DNA from: Clostridiaceae bacterium
GTDB taxonomy: Bacteria > Bacillota > Clostridia > Acetivibrionales > DUMC01
DNA length: 64,000 bases
NCBI GenBank assembly: GCA_012840075.1
Contig: DUMC01000178.1
Location: 95,326 to 159,325, forward strand
Reading direction: 5' to 3'
Below the pieces are notes generated by a model, which was not told the DNA's origin, searched no databases, and saw only the letters and a list, made by a program, of their open reading frames with translations. This document shows positions 48,699 to 58,449 of this stretch, one piece after another (within the stretch, counting starts at the first letter, position 1; each line of letters starts with the position of its first letter). The position numbers were made by a program, and so were the translations under genes.

Positions 48699-49559
48699 AT
48701 GAGCCAGCTATTTGACAGTAGTTTCATGAAAAAAATACAACAGTTAACGTTAAATACAAAGTTTACTTTAGACGGAACACATGCAGGTAACCGTAAGTCC
48801 CGTAGCAAAGGTGTTTCCGTCGAGTTTTCAGACTATAGGGAATATGTACCTGGAGATGATTTTAGACATATAGACTGGAACGCGTATGGAAGATTTGAAA
48901 AACTGTTTATTAAGTTATTTATGGAAGAAAGAGAAGCTCCTGTTACAATTTTTCTTGATGTGAGTAAATCCATGGACTGGGGTGAACCTAATAAGAGTAT
49001 AGCTTCCAGAAGGTTAACAGCTGCCTTGTCATATATCAGCCTATCCAATTTTGATAAGGTATCCGTTGCTTGCTTCGATGAACAGGTAAGGGAAAATTGC
49101 AGGAATCTGAGGGGAAAATTTTCCTTTCATAGAATAACCAATCTTCTTGAAAACGTGACGTACACGGGCAGCAGCAATATTCAAAAGGCTATTGAAAATT
49201 TTCAGATGCAATGGAACAGAGGTATAACGGTGATTATTTCGGATTTCTTTTCCCAGGGCAGTTTCAGTCAAGTATTAAAGTATTTGAAATATAATAAACA
49301 AGTAATATATATTTGTCACATTCTAAGCCCCCAGGAAATCCACCCCGAGTTTACTGAATCTATTAGGCTTTTGGACAGTGAAACTGGAGAAATATTGGAT
49401 ATTACATTAACTCCCGCTCTTCTTAGTTCATATAGCAAAGCCCTAAAACAATTTGAAGAGAACATTAAGAAAGATTGCATCAAATGGGGAGCATATTATT
49501 TTAATTTTTCTTCCGACACAACTATCGAAGAAATGGTAAAGGAAGTGACAGAAGGTTGA
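48699..49559 (+). CDS. DUF58-family protein (MoxR partner)
   Basis: 286 aa. GVSVEFSDYREYVPGDDFRHIDWNAYGRFEKLFIKLF and DVSKSM motifs. Confidence 0.9.
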   Translation: MSQLFDSSFMKKIQQLTLNTKFTLDGTHAGNRKSRSKGVSVEFSDYREYVPGDDFRHIDWNAYGRFEKLFIKLFMEEREAPVTIFLDVSKSMDWGEPNKSIASRRLTAALSYISLSNFDKVSVACFDEQVRENCRNLRGKFSFHRITNLLENVTYTGSSNIQKAIENFQMQWNRGITVIISDFFSQGSFSQVLKYLKYNKQVIYICHILSPQEIHPEFTESIRLLDSETGEILDITLTPALLSSYSKALKQFEENIKKDCIKWGAYYFNFSSDTTIEEMVKEVTEG

Positions 49560-51394
49560 TCCTGAAATATCCGTTAGGGTTGCTTGCACTTATTTGCGTT
49601 CCGGTTATTATTATACTATATCTGCTAAAGCAAAAGCGGGAAAACTACATTATATCAAGCTTGTATCTCTGGCAAAATGCATTACAGGACATGGTAGCTA
49701 ATGCCCCGTGGCAAAAATTGAAGAAAAACTTGTTAATGTTTCTCCAGATACTTGCAGTCATTCTGCTTGCCTTAATTTTTTCAGATCCATACATTAAAAC
49801 AGGTAAACACGAAGACACCGATGTTATAATTGTAATCGACTGTTCATTAAGCATGCAATCTACTGACATTAAGCCCAATAGATTTGAAGCTGCGAAAAAT
49901 GATGCTATAAAACTTGTGCAATCATACAAAGCAAATACAAATTTTTCGGTAATAGTCTTAAAAGACACTCCCCAATTGTTGATTCATCAGGTTAATGACA
50001 AGAATAAGGTTATCCAGGAAATAAGGAATTTACAGGCAACTGATACGGCAGAGGACTTAGAAGGTACAATTGAGCTTATAAATACACTTCTGGCTGATAA
50101 GCCCGAAATGCATGTTAATTGGTTTGGAGATAATAACATTGAAGGGATAGATTTTAAAAACATAAACTATTATTCATACAATAGAAATGGTGCCAATTAT
50201 GCCATTACATTACTGTCATACAGAAAAATGCAAAATAAAGAAGAAATAACAGTACTAAGCCGTATTGCAAATTTTTCGAAACAAGATGCCGAACTTGACA
50301 TAAGCCTGTATACTGACGGTACCTTTTTTGATGCAAAAAGATTAAGGATTAATGCAGGTGAAAGTCAAAACCTATATTGGTCCGGAATACCCGTCACAAC
50401 TTCTTTTCTGGAATGTAAAATTGATACGGAAGATATACTTGAAAAAGATAATAAAGCAAGCATTCTTTTACTTGAAAATGTTACAAAGAAAGCACTTCTT
50501 GTAACGAAAAAAAACATATATCTTGAAAAAATCCTAAGACTGATACCTAATCTGGAATTTTATCGTACAACATTAGATGAGGAGTTTAAAGCAAGCGGGT
50601 ATGACCTGTATATTTTTGACGGGGACATACCGATGTTACTGCCAGAGGATGGTCATATTATAATGTTTAATCCTCCTGAAAACCAGTTGTTTTCAATTAA
50701 CGGAGTATCCGAATATACAGAAATTCTTAATGTAGAACACAACTTATTTGAAGATTTAAAAGGTGATATAAAATTTAATGCATTAAAAACCAATGTTTTC
50801 GATCTTCCTCAGTGGGCTAATCCAATTATGAGAAACAACGAAGGAATTGTAGCTTTTGAAGGCTATGTTGATAGAAACCGTATAATGGTCTTCGGTTTCG
50901 ACTTGCATGAAACAAACTTACCTGTGCAACCTTTTTTCCCCGTGATAATAACAAAAGCAATACAGGAACTGTTACCCAGCGGAAATGGAATTAGAGGCGA
51001 GCCGTCATTTTATGCAGGTGATATCGTAGAGCTATCAATAGATCCTAAAGCGGAAGAAGTATGCATTATCACCCCTGATGGTAACAGAAAATTAATCGCA
51101 CCGCCATTTCCCGTAACTTCATTCGATGAAACGCATAAAATAGGCAAATATGTATTGGAGCAGCGTTTAGGAGATAAAACAATGCAGCAAGAGTTCATAG
51201 TCAATGCTCCGTCAGAAAAAGAATTTATTTCTTCAATGTTAAATAACGGTGCAAACAATATTCAAGAAAACAATGAAACGGGATATACACAAAAATCATT
51301 TATTGGGTACAGTTTGAAAACAATCCTGCTGTGTATATTACTTGGAATACTCATATTAGAATGGTGGGTTTATGCTAATGGCATTACAATTTGA
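49556..51394 (+). CDS. BatA-type N-terminally anchored VWA-domain protein
   Basis: 612 aa, 4-nt overlap with the DUF58 gene. N-terminal LKYPLGLLALICVPVIIILYLLKQKR. MIDAS DCSLS. C-terminal TM. Confidence 0.88.
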   Translation: MILKYPLGLLALICVPVIIILYLLKQKRENYIISSLYLWQNALQDMVANAPWQKLKKNLLMFLQILAVILLALIFSDPYIKTGKHEDTDVIIVIDCSLSMQSTDIKPNRFEAAKNDAIKLVQSYKANTNFSVIVLKDTPQLLIHQVNDKNKVIQEIRNLQATDTAEDLEGTIELINTLLADKPEMHVNWFGDNNIEGIDFKNINYYSYNRNGANYAITLLSYRKMQNKEEITVLSRIANFSKQDAELDISLYTDGTFFDAKRLRINAGESQNLYWSGIPVTTSFLECKIDTEDILEKDNKASILLLENVTKKALLVTKKNIYLEKILRLIPNLEFYRTTLDEEFKASGYDLYIFDGDIPMLLPEDGHIIMFNPPENQLFSINGVSEYTEILNVEHNLFEDLKGDIKFNALKTNVFDLPQWANPIMRNNEGIVAFEGYVDRNRIMVFGFDLHETNLPVQPFFPVIITKAIQELLPSGNGIRGEPSFYAGDIVELSIDPKAEEVCIITPDGNRKLIAPPFPVTSFDETHKIGKYVLEQRLGDKTMQQEFIVNAPSEKEFISSMLNNGANNIQENNETGYTQKSFIGYSLKTILLCILLGILILEWWVYANGITI

Positions 51395-54173
51395 GAATCC
51401 ATGGTTGTTGCTATTAATATTACCTATAGCAATATTTATTTTTTATACAACTAAAAATATGATAAAAATGACTTATTGGAAGAAAACCACAACAGTGATT
51501 TTAAGGTGCTTTATCTTTCTTATAATCATATTGCTACTTTCAGGTTTTACCGTTAAATTAATAGCAAGCACGACAACTACATTGTTTTTAATAGATACAT
51601 CGGATAGCATACGTCAGAAAAAACATGGGGAATATTTCATCAAGGAAGCTATAAAATACATGGAAAAAAAAGATGAGGTCGGTATAATAAATTTTGGTGA
51701 AAATTATGCTGTTGAATTGATGCCGGATAAAAATCCTTCATTTTCAAATGTACAAACGAAAATCAACTCTTCCTTTACAAATTTGGAAAAAGCATTAATA
51801 GGAGCTCAATCCCTTATGCCCTGGAATCATCAAAAGAGGATTGTAATTCTCACGGACGGGCGGGAAAACGTAGGTGATGTATTATCTCAGGTAAAGCATA
51901 TGAGATCAAAAGGGTACATTATAGATGTTTATCCTCTAAATTCCGACGTAGAAGAAGAGGTTCAGCTTGAGGGATTATATATTCCCGAATCGGTAAACTT
52001 AAATGAACAATTTGAAATAATAGTAAATATAAAAAGCAATGTAAATACATCAGCAATCCTTAAGTTGTACAACGACCGTCTGTTAACCGTTCAAAAACAG
52101 GTTATGCTGAATAAAGGTGATAATCAATTCGTATTTACTGACAAAGCCGTAAATGGAGGTATGGTTACATATAGAGTCGAAATACTTGCAGATGCTGATA
52201 ATTTGTCTCAGAACAATGCACTGTCTTCATATACATTTGTGAAAGACAAACCTAAAGTGCTGGTAGTGCAAGATTCTGAAAAAGCAAGTGATGTATTGGT
52301 TGATATGCTCAAAGACCAAGTGAATATAACGGTATTGAATTCAAAGCAGGTTCCGTCACAACTTTCAGAATTGCTTAAATATGATGCCTTCATACTGACC
52401 AATGTTTCTGCAGACAGCCTGAGTGATGAATTTTTGAATAACTTGGAAACAGCAATTAGCCATCAGGGTAAGGGACTGCTGGTTACCGGAGGTGACAATA
52501 GCTATGGCCCCGGTGGCTACTATAAAACCACGCTTGAAAGGATACTGCCTGTAAATATGGATATTAAACCAAAAGAAGAAGAGCCGGATCTTGCTCTGAT
52601 ATTAGTCATAGATAAATCAGGAAGCATGTCCGGAGGGGATTTCGGAATTTCCAAAATAGAGCTGGCAAAAGAAGCTGCCATACGCTCTACGGAAGTTTTA
52701 GATCAGGATGATACAATAGGAGTAATAGCATTTGATGACGCGTACAAATGGGTTGTTGAACCTCAAAAACTCGTTGACCTGAAATCTATTCAGGATGCTA
52801 TCGGTACTATTCGAACAGGTGGTGGGACACAGATACTTCCTCCTTTACAAGCTGCTTATGATGCTATTAAAGAATTAGATGCAGGTTTAAAACACATAAT
52901 CCTTCTTACAGACGGCCAAGCTGAAAAAGAAGGATATGAACCGCTGATAGAAGGGCTTAGGAAAAACGGGATTACCCTATCAACAGTTGCAGTAGGAAGA
53001 AGTGCCGATTTACTACTATTGAAAGCTCTTGCGTACGGTGGACGGGGCAGATTTTATGAGACGGATGAATTTACGGATATACCGAAAATATTTGCAAAGG
53101 AAGTTTTTTTGGCAGGTAAAAAATACTTAACAAATAGGACTTTTATACCTAAACTTTCAGCTTTTTCGGAGATTTTTAAAGGTATTGAGGCTATACCTCA
53201 ACTGGACGGATATGTAACTACTACACCTAAGGCAACTGCAAATGTAATACTTAAAAGCGACGAAGATGATCCCATTCTTGTAAGCTGGCAATACGGGCTA
53301 GGAAGAACAGTAGCATGGACATCGGATGTGCAGGGGATATGGACTCATGATTGGATGAGTTGGGAAGATTCTCCAAAATTTTGGCAAAATATTGTATCCT
53401 GGGTCATTCAGCAGGATTTGAGTAAAGGTTATACTATCGAAACAAAAACAGAAGGACAAAGCGGGTTTATAACGGTAAAAGCCGAAGATGAAGCTTTCAT
53501 GACAGCAAGTGAGATTAAGGGAACTATTGTGGATCCTGAAGGAAATAAGCAGGAAATAAGTTTGTTACCAAGTGCTCCTGGTAAGTATACAGGTCAATTT
53601 AGAAATTTAAAAAGCGGTGTTTATGTAGTGGACATAACCCTTCAAGGTAGTGACGGACGTAGTGAACGAATAAGCACAGGTATTATAATGCCTTATTCAC
53701 CGGAATATGATTTGCTTTCCGGTGATAATGAGGCTCTACTTGAAAAAATAGTATTCGAAGGCGGTGGGCGTTTTTTAGATAATCCCGCTCAAGTATTTAA
53801 AAGCGAATTACCTCCTGTTGAAGGAAAAATGGATCCATCACACATACTTTACGCATTGCTTATAATACTGTTGATGCTGGAAATTTCATTAAGACGATTA
53901 AACCTACGTCCGGAAATATGGTCAAGAAAGCTGAGATCCCTATTTCTGAAAGTAAGTGAAAATGAAGAACAATCTTACGAAATTGAAGAACAGAGTGAAA
54001 AAGAAAACAAAAGTACAACTACTCATAAAAGCAAGACTAGTAAGAATATTAAGGTTGTTAAGCAAAAAAGAAAAAACATACATGAAAAAGAGAAAGAAAA
54101 CATACCTGCAGAGCAAGACCCGGCTTCCCATCTTTCCCGGCTATTAGATGTGAAACGTAAACAAAAGAAATGA
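51372..54173 (+). CDS. BatA-type anchored protein with two VWA domains and a GATase1-like domain
   Basis: 933 aa, overlaps the upstream gene. FENPWLLLLILPIAIFIFY. MIDAS DTSDS and DKSGS (+TGGGT, TDGQ). YDAFILTNVS...GKGLLVTGG. C-terminal TM and K/E-rich tail. Confidence 0.88.
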   Translation: MLMALQFENPWLLLLILPIAIFIFYTTKNMIKMTYWKKTTTVILRCFIFLIIILLLSGFTVKLIASTTTTLFLIDTSDSIRQKKHGEYFIKEAIKYMEKKDEVGIINFGENYAVELMPDKNPSFSNVQTKINSSFTNLEKALIGAQSLMPWNHQKRIVILTDGRENVGDVLSQVKHMRSKGYIIDVYPLNSDVEEEVQLEGLYIPESVNLNEQFEIIVNIKSNVNTSAILKLYNDRLLTVQKQVMLNKGDNQFVFTDKAVNGGMVTYRVEILADADNLSQNNALSSYTFVKDKPKVLVVQDSEKASDVLVDMLKDQVNITVLNSKQVPSQLSELLKYDAFILTNVSADSLSDEFLNNLETAISHQGKGLLVTGGDNSYGPGGYYKTTLERILPVNMDIKPKEEEPDLALILVIDKSGSMSGGDFGISKIELAKEAAIRSTEVLDQDDTIGVIAFDDAYKWVVEPQKLVDLKSIQDAIGTIRTGGGTQILPPLQAAYDAIKELDAGLKHIILLTDGQAEKEGYEPLIEGLRKNGITLSTVAVGRSADLLLLKALAYGGRGRFYETDEFTDIPKIFAKEVFLAGKKYLTNRTFIPKLSAFSEIFKGIEAIPQLDGYVTTTPKATANVILKSDEDDPILVSWQYGLGRTVAWTSDVQGIWTHDWMSWEDSPKFWQNIVSWVIQQDLSKGYTIETKTEGQSGFITVKAEDEAFMTASEIKGTIVDPEGNKQEISLLPSAPGKYTGQFRNLKSGVYVVDITLQGSDGRSERISTGIIMPYSPEYDLLSGDNEALLEKIVFEGGGRFLDNPAQVFKSELPPVEGKMDPSHILYALLIILLMLEISLRRLNLRPEIWSRKLRSLFLKVSENEEQSYEIEEQSEKENKSTTTHKSKTSKNIKVVKQKRKNIHEKEKENIPAEQDPASHLSRLLDVKRKQKK

Positions 54174-54265
54174 CAAACCAAATATAATCATCTGATACCG
54201 TAGATACACGATAAGTTATAAGTTATGTACTACATGGAATACACAATGCAAATTCAAGGCATGAA

Positions 54266-55343
54266 TTAAAAATCAGCCATCCCTACGATAACAACATCAC
54301 GGGCATTGGCGTCATTTTTTAAATCAATAAAATAGGGGTCTACAGGAGTATCGTCGTGAAACAGTATTTTTACCTTAGGTCTAAGACAAAAATCAGGATA
54401 ATTCTTAACTACTATACCTGATTTATTGTTACTCAGTTTTACACACGCACCTACAGGATAAGGAGCAATTATCTTTACAAATGCGTTTGTTATATTAGGG
54501 TCAAATAGAGTTCCACAACCTCCCATAATGTATTCCACTGCTTCGGAAGGAAAAAGAGCTTTTCTGTACGGTCTGTCAGATGTTAAAGCATCATAAACAT
54601 CAGAAATTGTAATAATTCTTCCCAATAGTGAAATTTCCTCTCCGGATAAACCTGACGGATAACCGGTACCATTAAATTTTTCATGGTGATGGAGTATACC
54701 TATGCAAGAATGATAAGGAAAGATATTGCTGTTTTTCAACATCTTATATCCTTTTAAAAGGATGTTTTTTAATTAATTCAAACTCTTCCTTTGTAAGCTT
54801 ACTGCATTTATTTATAATCTCTTTCGGAATAAAAATTTTCCCTATGTCATGCATAAGAGCAGACATACCTATCATATAAAGAATATTCCTGTTATAATTC
54901 AGCTTGACACCTAAAGCAATAGCCAAGACCGTTACATTCACTGAATGAAAATAAGTATAATCATCATAACTCTTAAGGTCAATAATATTGATCAGCAATT
55001 CTTCGCTTGCTAATATACTATCAATTATTTCGTTTACATATAGTTTTAAGGTTTCAGTTATTTTTGGATTTATCGTCTTATCTTTTTCAAATTGGTGATA
55101 AATCTGTTTAATAGATTTTACGCATCTCATTCGGAGGTTGTCGTCTATAAGATCAGCCGGAACAACTTCTTCGGATAAAAAATCTCTTACGTATATTCCA
55201 TAATATCCGTGTTCCTTCAACTTTGGAATATAGGACTCACGAATAACAGCTCCGCTATTTAACAAAATCTCATTATTTTTTCCGTATAGCGGTTTATAAT
55301 TTATCATTCCATCTTTTAAATTATCAACACGTACATATCTCAT
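54266..55343 (-). pseudogene. HD-GYP c-di-GMP phosphodiesterase-type gene interrupted by a +1 frameshift
   Basis: ORFs 54744..55343 (HSVNV...LMHDIGK...KKHPFKRI*) and 54266..54742 (...HHHEKFNGTGYPSGL...) are the two halves of one HD-GYP domain. Removing one base in the T4A4 run at 54752-54759 gives KKHPLKGYKMLKNSNIFPYH. Confidence 0.75.
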
Positions 55344-55695
55344 TAAAATAACAACAGCCTTTCTGCGCCTTACTAAGTTGCAATAAACAATATAACATAA
55401 TTACATATTACATTATATTATTAATCAACTATTACACTGATATATAACCTTTATAATCTATCAGGAATTATTAAAAACAAACCACCTAGATAATATAGCA
55501 GCTTTAATTATACTAACTACTAAGGTTTTATTATAATACATTTGGCTACATTTTACAACATAAAAATACATTTTTTTTGCCCGTAACATCCAGCATGTAT
55601 AGAATAATTTGTTGATTATTTGCTAATAATATATAAGCCCAGGTATTAGCTCCGGGAGTAGAATTGAAAAAAGCAGGTTTATGCGAAAGCAAATA

Positions 55696-55799
55696 GTAAA
55701 TGGGGTCATAAATGCATAAATAGGGTCAGGACTGAACATAAATAGGGGGGTCAGGCTTGAATTATTCACTTAATTAAGTGAATGATTCAAGCCTGAACC
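55696..55799. repeat. composite repeat: three degenerate ATAAAT(R)GGGTCA(GG) units, then a 52-bp near-perfect palindrome
   Basis: GTAAATGGGGTCA at 55696-55708. GCATAAATAGGGTCAGG at 55714-55730. CATAAATAGGGGGG at 55737-55750. Palindrome arms TCAGGCTTGAATTATTCACTT (55751-55771) and AAGTGAATGATTCAAGCCTGA (55776-55796), 20/21 complementary, centre AATT. Confidence 0.9.
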
Positions 55800-55816
55800 T
55801 TATGAAAGGAATGATC

Positions 55817-58282
55817 ATGATGAAAGCTGTCATTATGGCCGGCGGCGAAGGTTCAAGATTAAGGCCTTTGACTTGCAGTAGACCTAAACCAATGGTACCT
55901 GTAGCGAACAAACCTGTAATGCAGCATATAGTAGAATTGTTAAAAAAACATGGTTTTGAAGATATTGCTGTAACTCTCTTGTACATGCCGGAAGCAATAA
56001 AAGAATATTTTGATGATGGAAGAGACTATGGCGTTAATATATTCTATTTTATTGAAGATACCCCTCTGGGTACTGCAGGAAGCGTAAAAAATGCTGAGGA
56101 GTTCCTGGATGATACTTTTATTGTAATAAGCGGTGATGCTCTCACGGATGCAGATTTAAGAAAAGCACTTGAATTTCATAATGCTAAAGGTTCAATAGCC
56201 ACATTGCTGCTCAAAAAAGTTGATATACCTCTTGAATACGGAGTTGTTGTCACAGACGATGAAGGCAGAATTACAAGATTTCTTGAAAAACCAAGCTGGG
56301 GTGAGGTTTTTAGCGACACTGTTAATACAGGCATGTACATTCTTTCACCGGAAGTATTGAAGCTTGTCCCCAAAAATGAAATGTTTGATTTCAGCAAAGA
56401 TTTGTTTCCTCTCATTTTGAAAGAAAGAATGCCAATATATGGCTACATAATAGATGATTATTGGTGTGATATAGGAGATCCGCAAGCATATATTCAATCT
56501 CATATAGACATTCTTAACGGTAAAGTTAGAATAAATATACCTGCCAAGGAGATTGAAAAAAATATATGGGTAGGTGAAGGTACGGAAATAGATGATCCTT
56601 CATGCCTTAGGGCACCTTGTATTATCGGGAGTTATTCAAAGATCAAAAAAAACAGTATTATAGGAGAATATTCGGTAATAGGTGATTTTAACATTATTGG
56701 AGAAGGTACAAGTATTAAAAGAAGCATAATATGGAATAACGCCATAATAGATGAAAAAGTAGAAATAAGAGGAAGTATTATCTGTAACAAAGTGCACTTT
56801 TCACCCTTTTCATCGGCTTTTGAAAATTCAGTAATAGGTGATAACTCTTGTATAAAAGAAAATGCCATAATTAGACCAAATATTAAAATATGGCCTGAAA
56901 AACTTATCAGTGAAGGTGCTATTGTTAATTCAAACCTTGTATGGGGCAGCAAATTTACCAGGAATATCTTCGGGGATAGAGGGATAGCAGGGGAAATAAA
57001 CACGGATATAACTCCCGAATATGCATCAAAATTAGGTGCTGCATACGGTACTTTACTCAAAGGTAAAGGAAAGGTAGGAGTAAGTTGTGATAACAATCCA
57101 TCAACAAAAATGATAAAATCTGCGTTTATTTCCGGACTGCTTACAACCGGAGTAGAAGTATATGATCTTCAAGTGATGCTTCTACCTATAACCAGAACAG
57201 CTGTCAGATTTTACAAATTAGACGGTGGGATTCATATTAGCTCACTTGGAACTGAACCCTACAAACTTTTAATTGATGTGCTTGATAAAAACGGCTGCAA
57301 TATTGACAGGGGAACTGAAAGAAAAATTGAAACTATATTCATAAGGGAAGATTTTTTAAGGTGTGAAGGGGACTGTATAAAGGAAGTCAAAAACATAAAC
57401 GATTATAGCAACTTTTATCTTCAAACGCTGATTAACAGTGTAAAAGATAGGGATTTGAAATACAGGATAGTCCTGAATTCCACTTTAGCTGATACTGCAA
57501 AGGTTATAAAATATCTGTTAAGTGAAATTGGTTGCGAAGTTGAATTAATGGATCTGAAAATCGGAAAGAGTTTAAATAAAAAAGATAGTTTAAAAGATCG
57601 AAATGTAAGTTTATTTATTGAACGAGTAAAATCAGGAAACTATGATCTTGGCGTATCCGTTGACGGTTCATCTGAAAAAATGCTGGTGCTCGTAGATGAT
57701 AAGGGAAGAATAGTTACTGAAGATATGTTCCTTGCGCTTGTTACTATTATGTGCATGAAAACATATGGCGGAGGAACTGTTGTTGTGCCTTTGTCAGCCA
57801 GCTTTGCCATAGAAAAAATTGCCTCGAAATACGGAGGTAAAGTCATCCGCTCAAAAACATCCGCCCAAGACATAATGTATAAATTAATTGGCAGCAAGCA
57901 GCAGGAAATGATGGATCAGTTTACCCTTTACTTTGATGCAATGGGAGGACTTATAAAAATTATTGAATTTATGGCTAAAAACAAATGCAAACTTTCTGAC
58001 CTAGTAGATGAAATACCCGTTATATATATGAATAAACTTGAGGTGGAATGTCCATGGAACGCAAAAGGAAAAGTCATAAGGGAAATAATACAGGAACATG
58101 GAAATGATATGATTGAAACTACAGAAGGTGTCAAGATATATAAAAACGGAGGATGGGTGCTAATTCTTCCGGATGCTGAATTACCTATATGTAGAATTAT
58201 AAGCGAAAGCTATTCGGAAGAATTTGCTGAAGAATTGGGCACGGCATATGCAGACAAAATAAGAAAGATTAGTAAGACATAG
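55817..58282 (+). CDS. fusion protein: sugar-phosphate nucleotidyltransferase + left-handed beta-helix + phosphohexomutase-like domains
   Basis: The ORF opens at 55778; ATG 55817/55820 follows SD GAAAGGA. N-terminal [18 protein letters not shown]. Hexapeptide-repeat region. The C-terminal four-domain PGM/PMM-like region has degenerate catalytic motifs. Confidence 0.88.
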   Translation: MMKAVIMAGGEGSRLRPLTCSRPKPMVPVANKPVMQHIVELLKKHGFEDIAVTLLYMPEAIKEYFDDGRDYGVNIFYFIEDTPLGTAGSVKNAEEFLDDTFIVISGDALTDADLRKALEFHNAKGSIATLLLKKVDIPLEYGVVVTDDEGRITRFLEKPSWGEVFSDTVNTGMYILSPEVLKLVPKNEMFDFSKDLFPLILKERMPIYGYIIDDYWCDIGDPQAYIQSHIDILNGKVRINIPAKEIEKNIWVGEGTEIDDPSCLRAPCIIGSYSKIKKNSIIGEYSVIGDFNIIGEGTSIKRSIIWNNAIIDEKVEIRGSIICNKVHFSPFSSAFENSVIGDNSCIKENAIIRPNIKIWPEKLISEGAIVNSNLVWGSKFTRNIFGDRGIAGEINTDITPEYASKLGAAYGTLLKGKGKVGVSCDNNPSTKMIKSAFISGLLTTGVEVYDLQVMLLPITRTAVRFYKLDGGIHISSLGTEPYKLLIDVLDKNGCNIDRGTERKIETIFIREDFLRCEGDCIKEVKNINDYSNFYLQTLINSVKDRDLKYRIVLNSTLADTAKVIKYLLSEIGCEVELMDLKIGKSLNKKDSLKDRNVSLFIERVKSGNYDLGVSVDGSSEKMLVLVDDKGRIVTEDMFLALVTIMCMKTYGGGTVVVPLSASFAIEKIASKYGGKVIRSKTSAQDIMYKLIGSKQQEMMDQFTLYFDAMGGLIKIIEFMAKNKCKLSDLVDEIPVIYMNKLEVECPWNAKGKVIREIIQEHGNDMIETTEGVKIYKNGGWVLILPDAELPICRIISESYSEEFAEELGTAYADKIRKISKT

Positions 58283-58342
58283 TTTAATAAATGTCTCACT
58301 AATAAAAATTTTGTATTGCAAAAAAGCCCCATAAAAAGTACA

Positions 58343-58379
58343 ATAGTAGTAACACTCAAGGTGTTGCTACTATTTTTTA
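58343..58379 (+). terminator. Rho-independent terminator
   Basis: 13-bp stem ATAGTAGTAACAC / GTGTTGCTACTAT (one G-U), loop TCAAG, T6 run. Confidence 0.75.
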
Positions 58380-58449
58380 ATTATTATTGATTAGATTATT
58401 TTAAATTTTATACTACGATATTTGCCATATTGGAGACGGGAGCTTAGTT

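Noticed and set aside
55344-55816. Riboswitch (c-di-GMP-I/II or other) in the 470-nt leader of the nucleotidyltransferase fusion gene
   Set aside because: I could not find the conserved cores I remember for GEMM-I/II or other common riboswitch classes. The only strong structure is the repeat-derived palindrome. A covariance-model scan (Rfam/Infernal) is needed to be sure.
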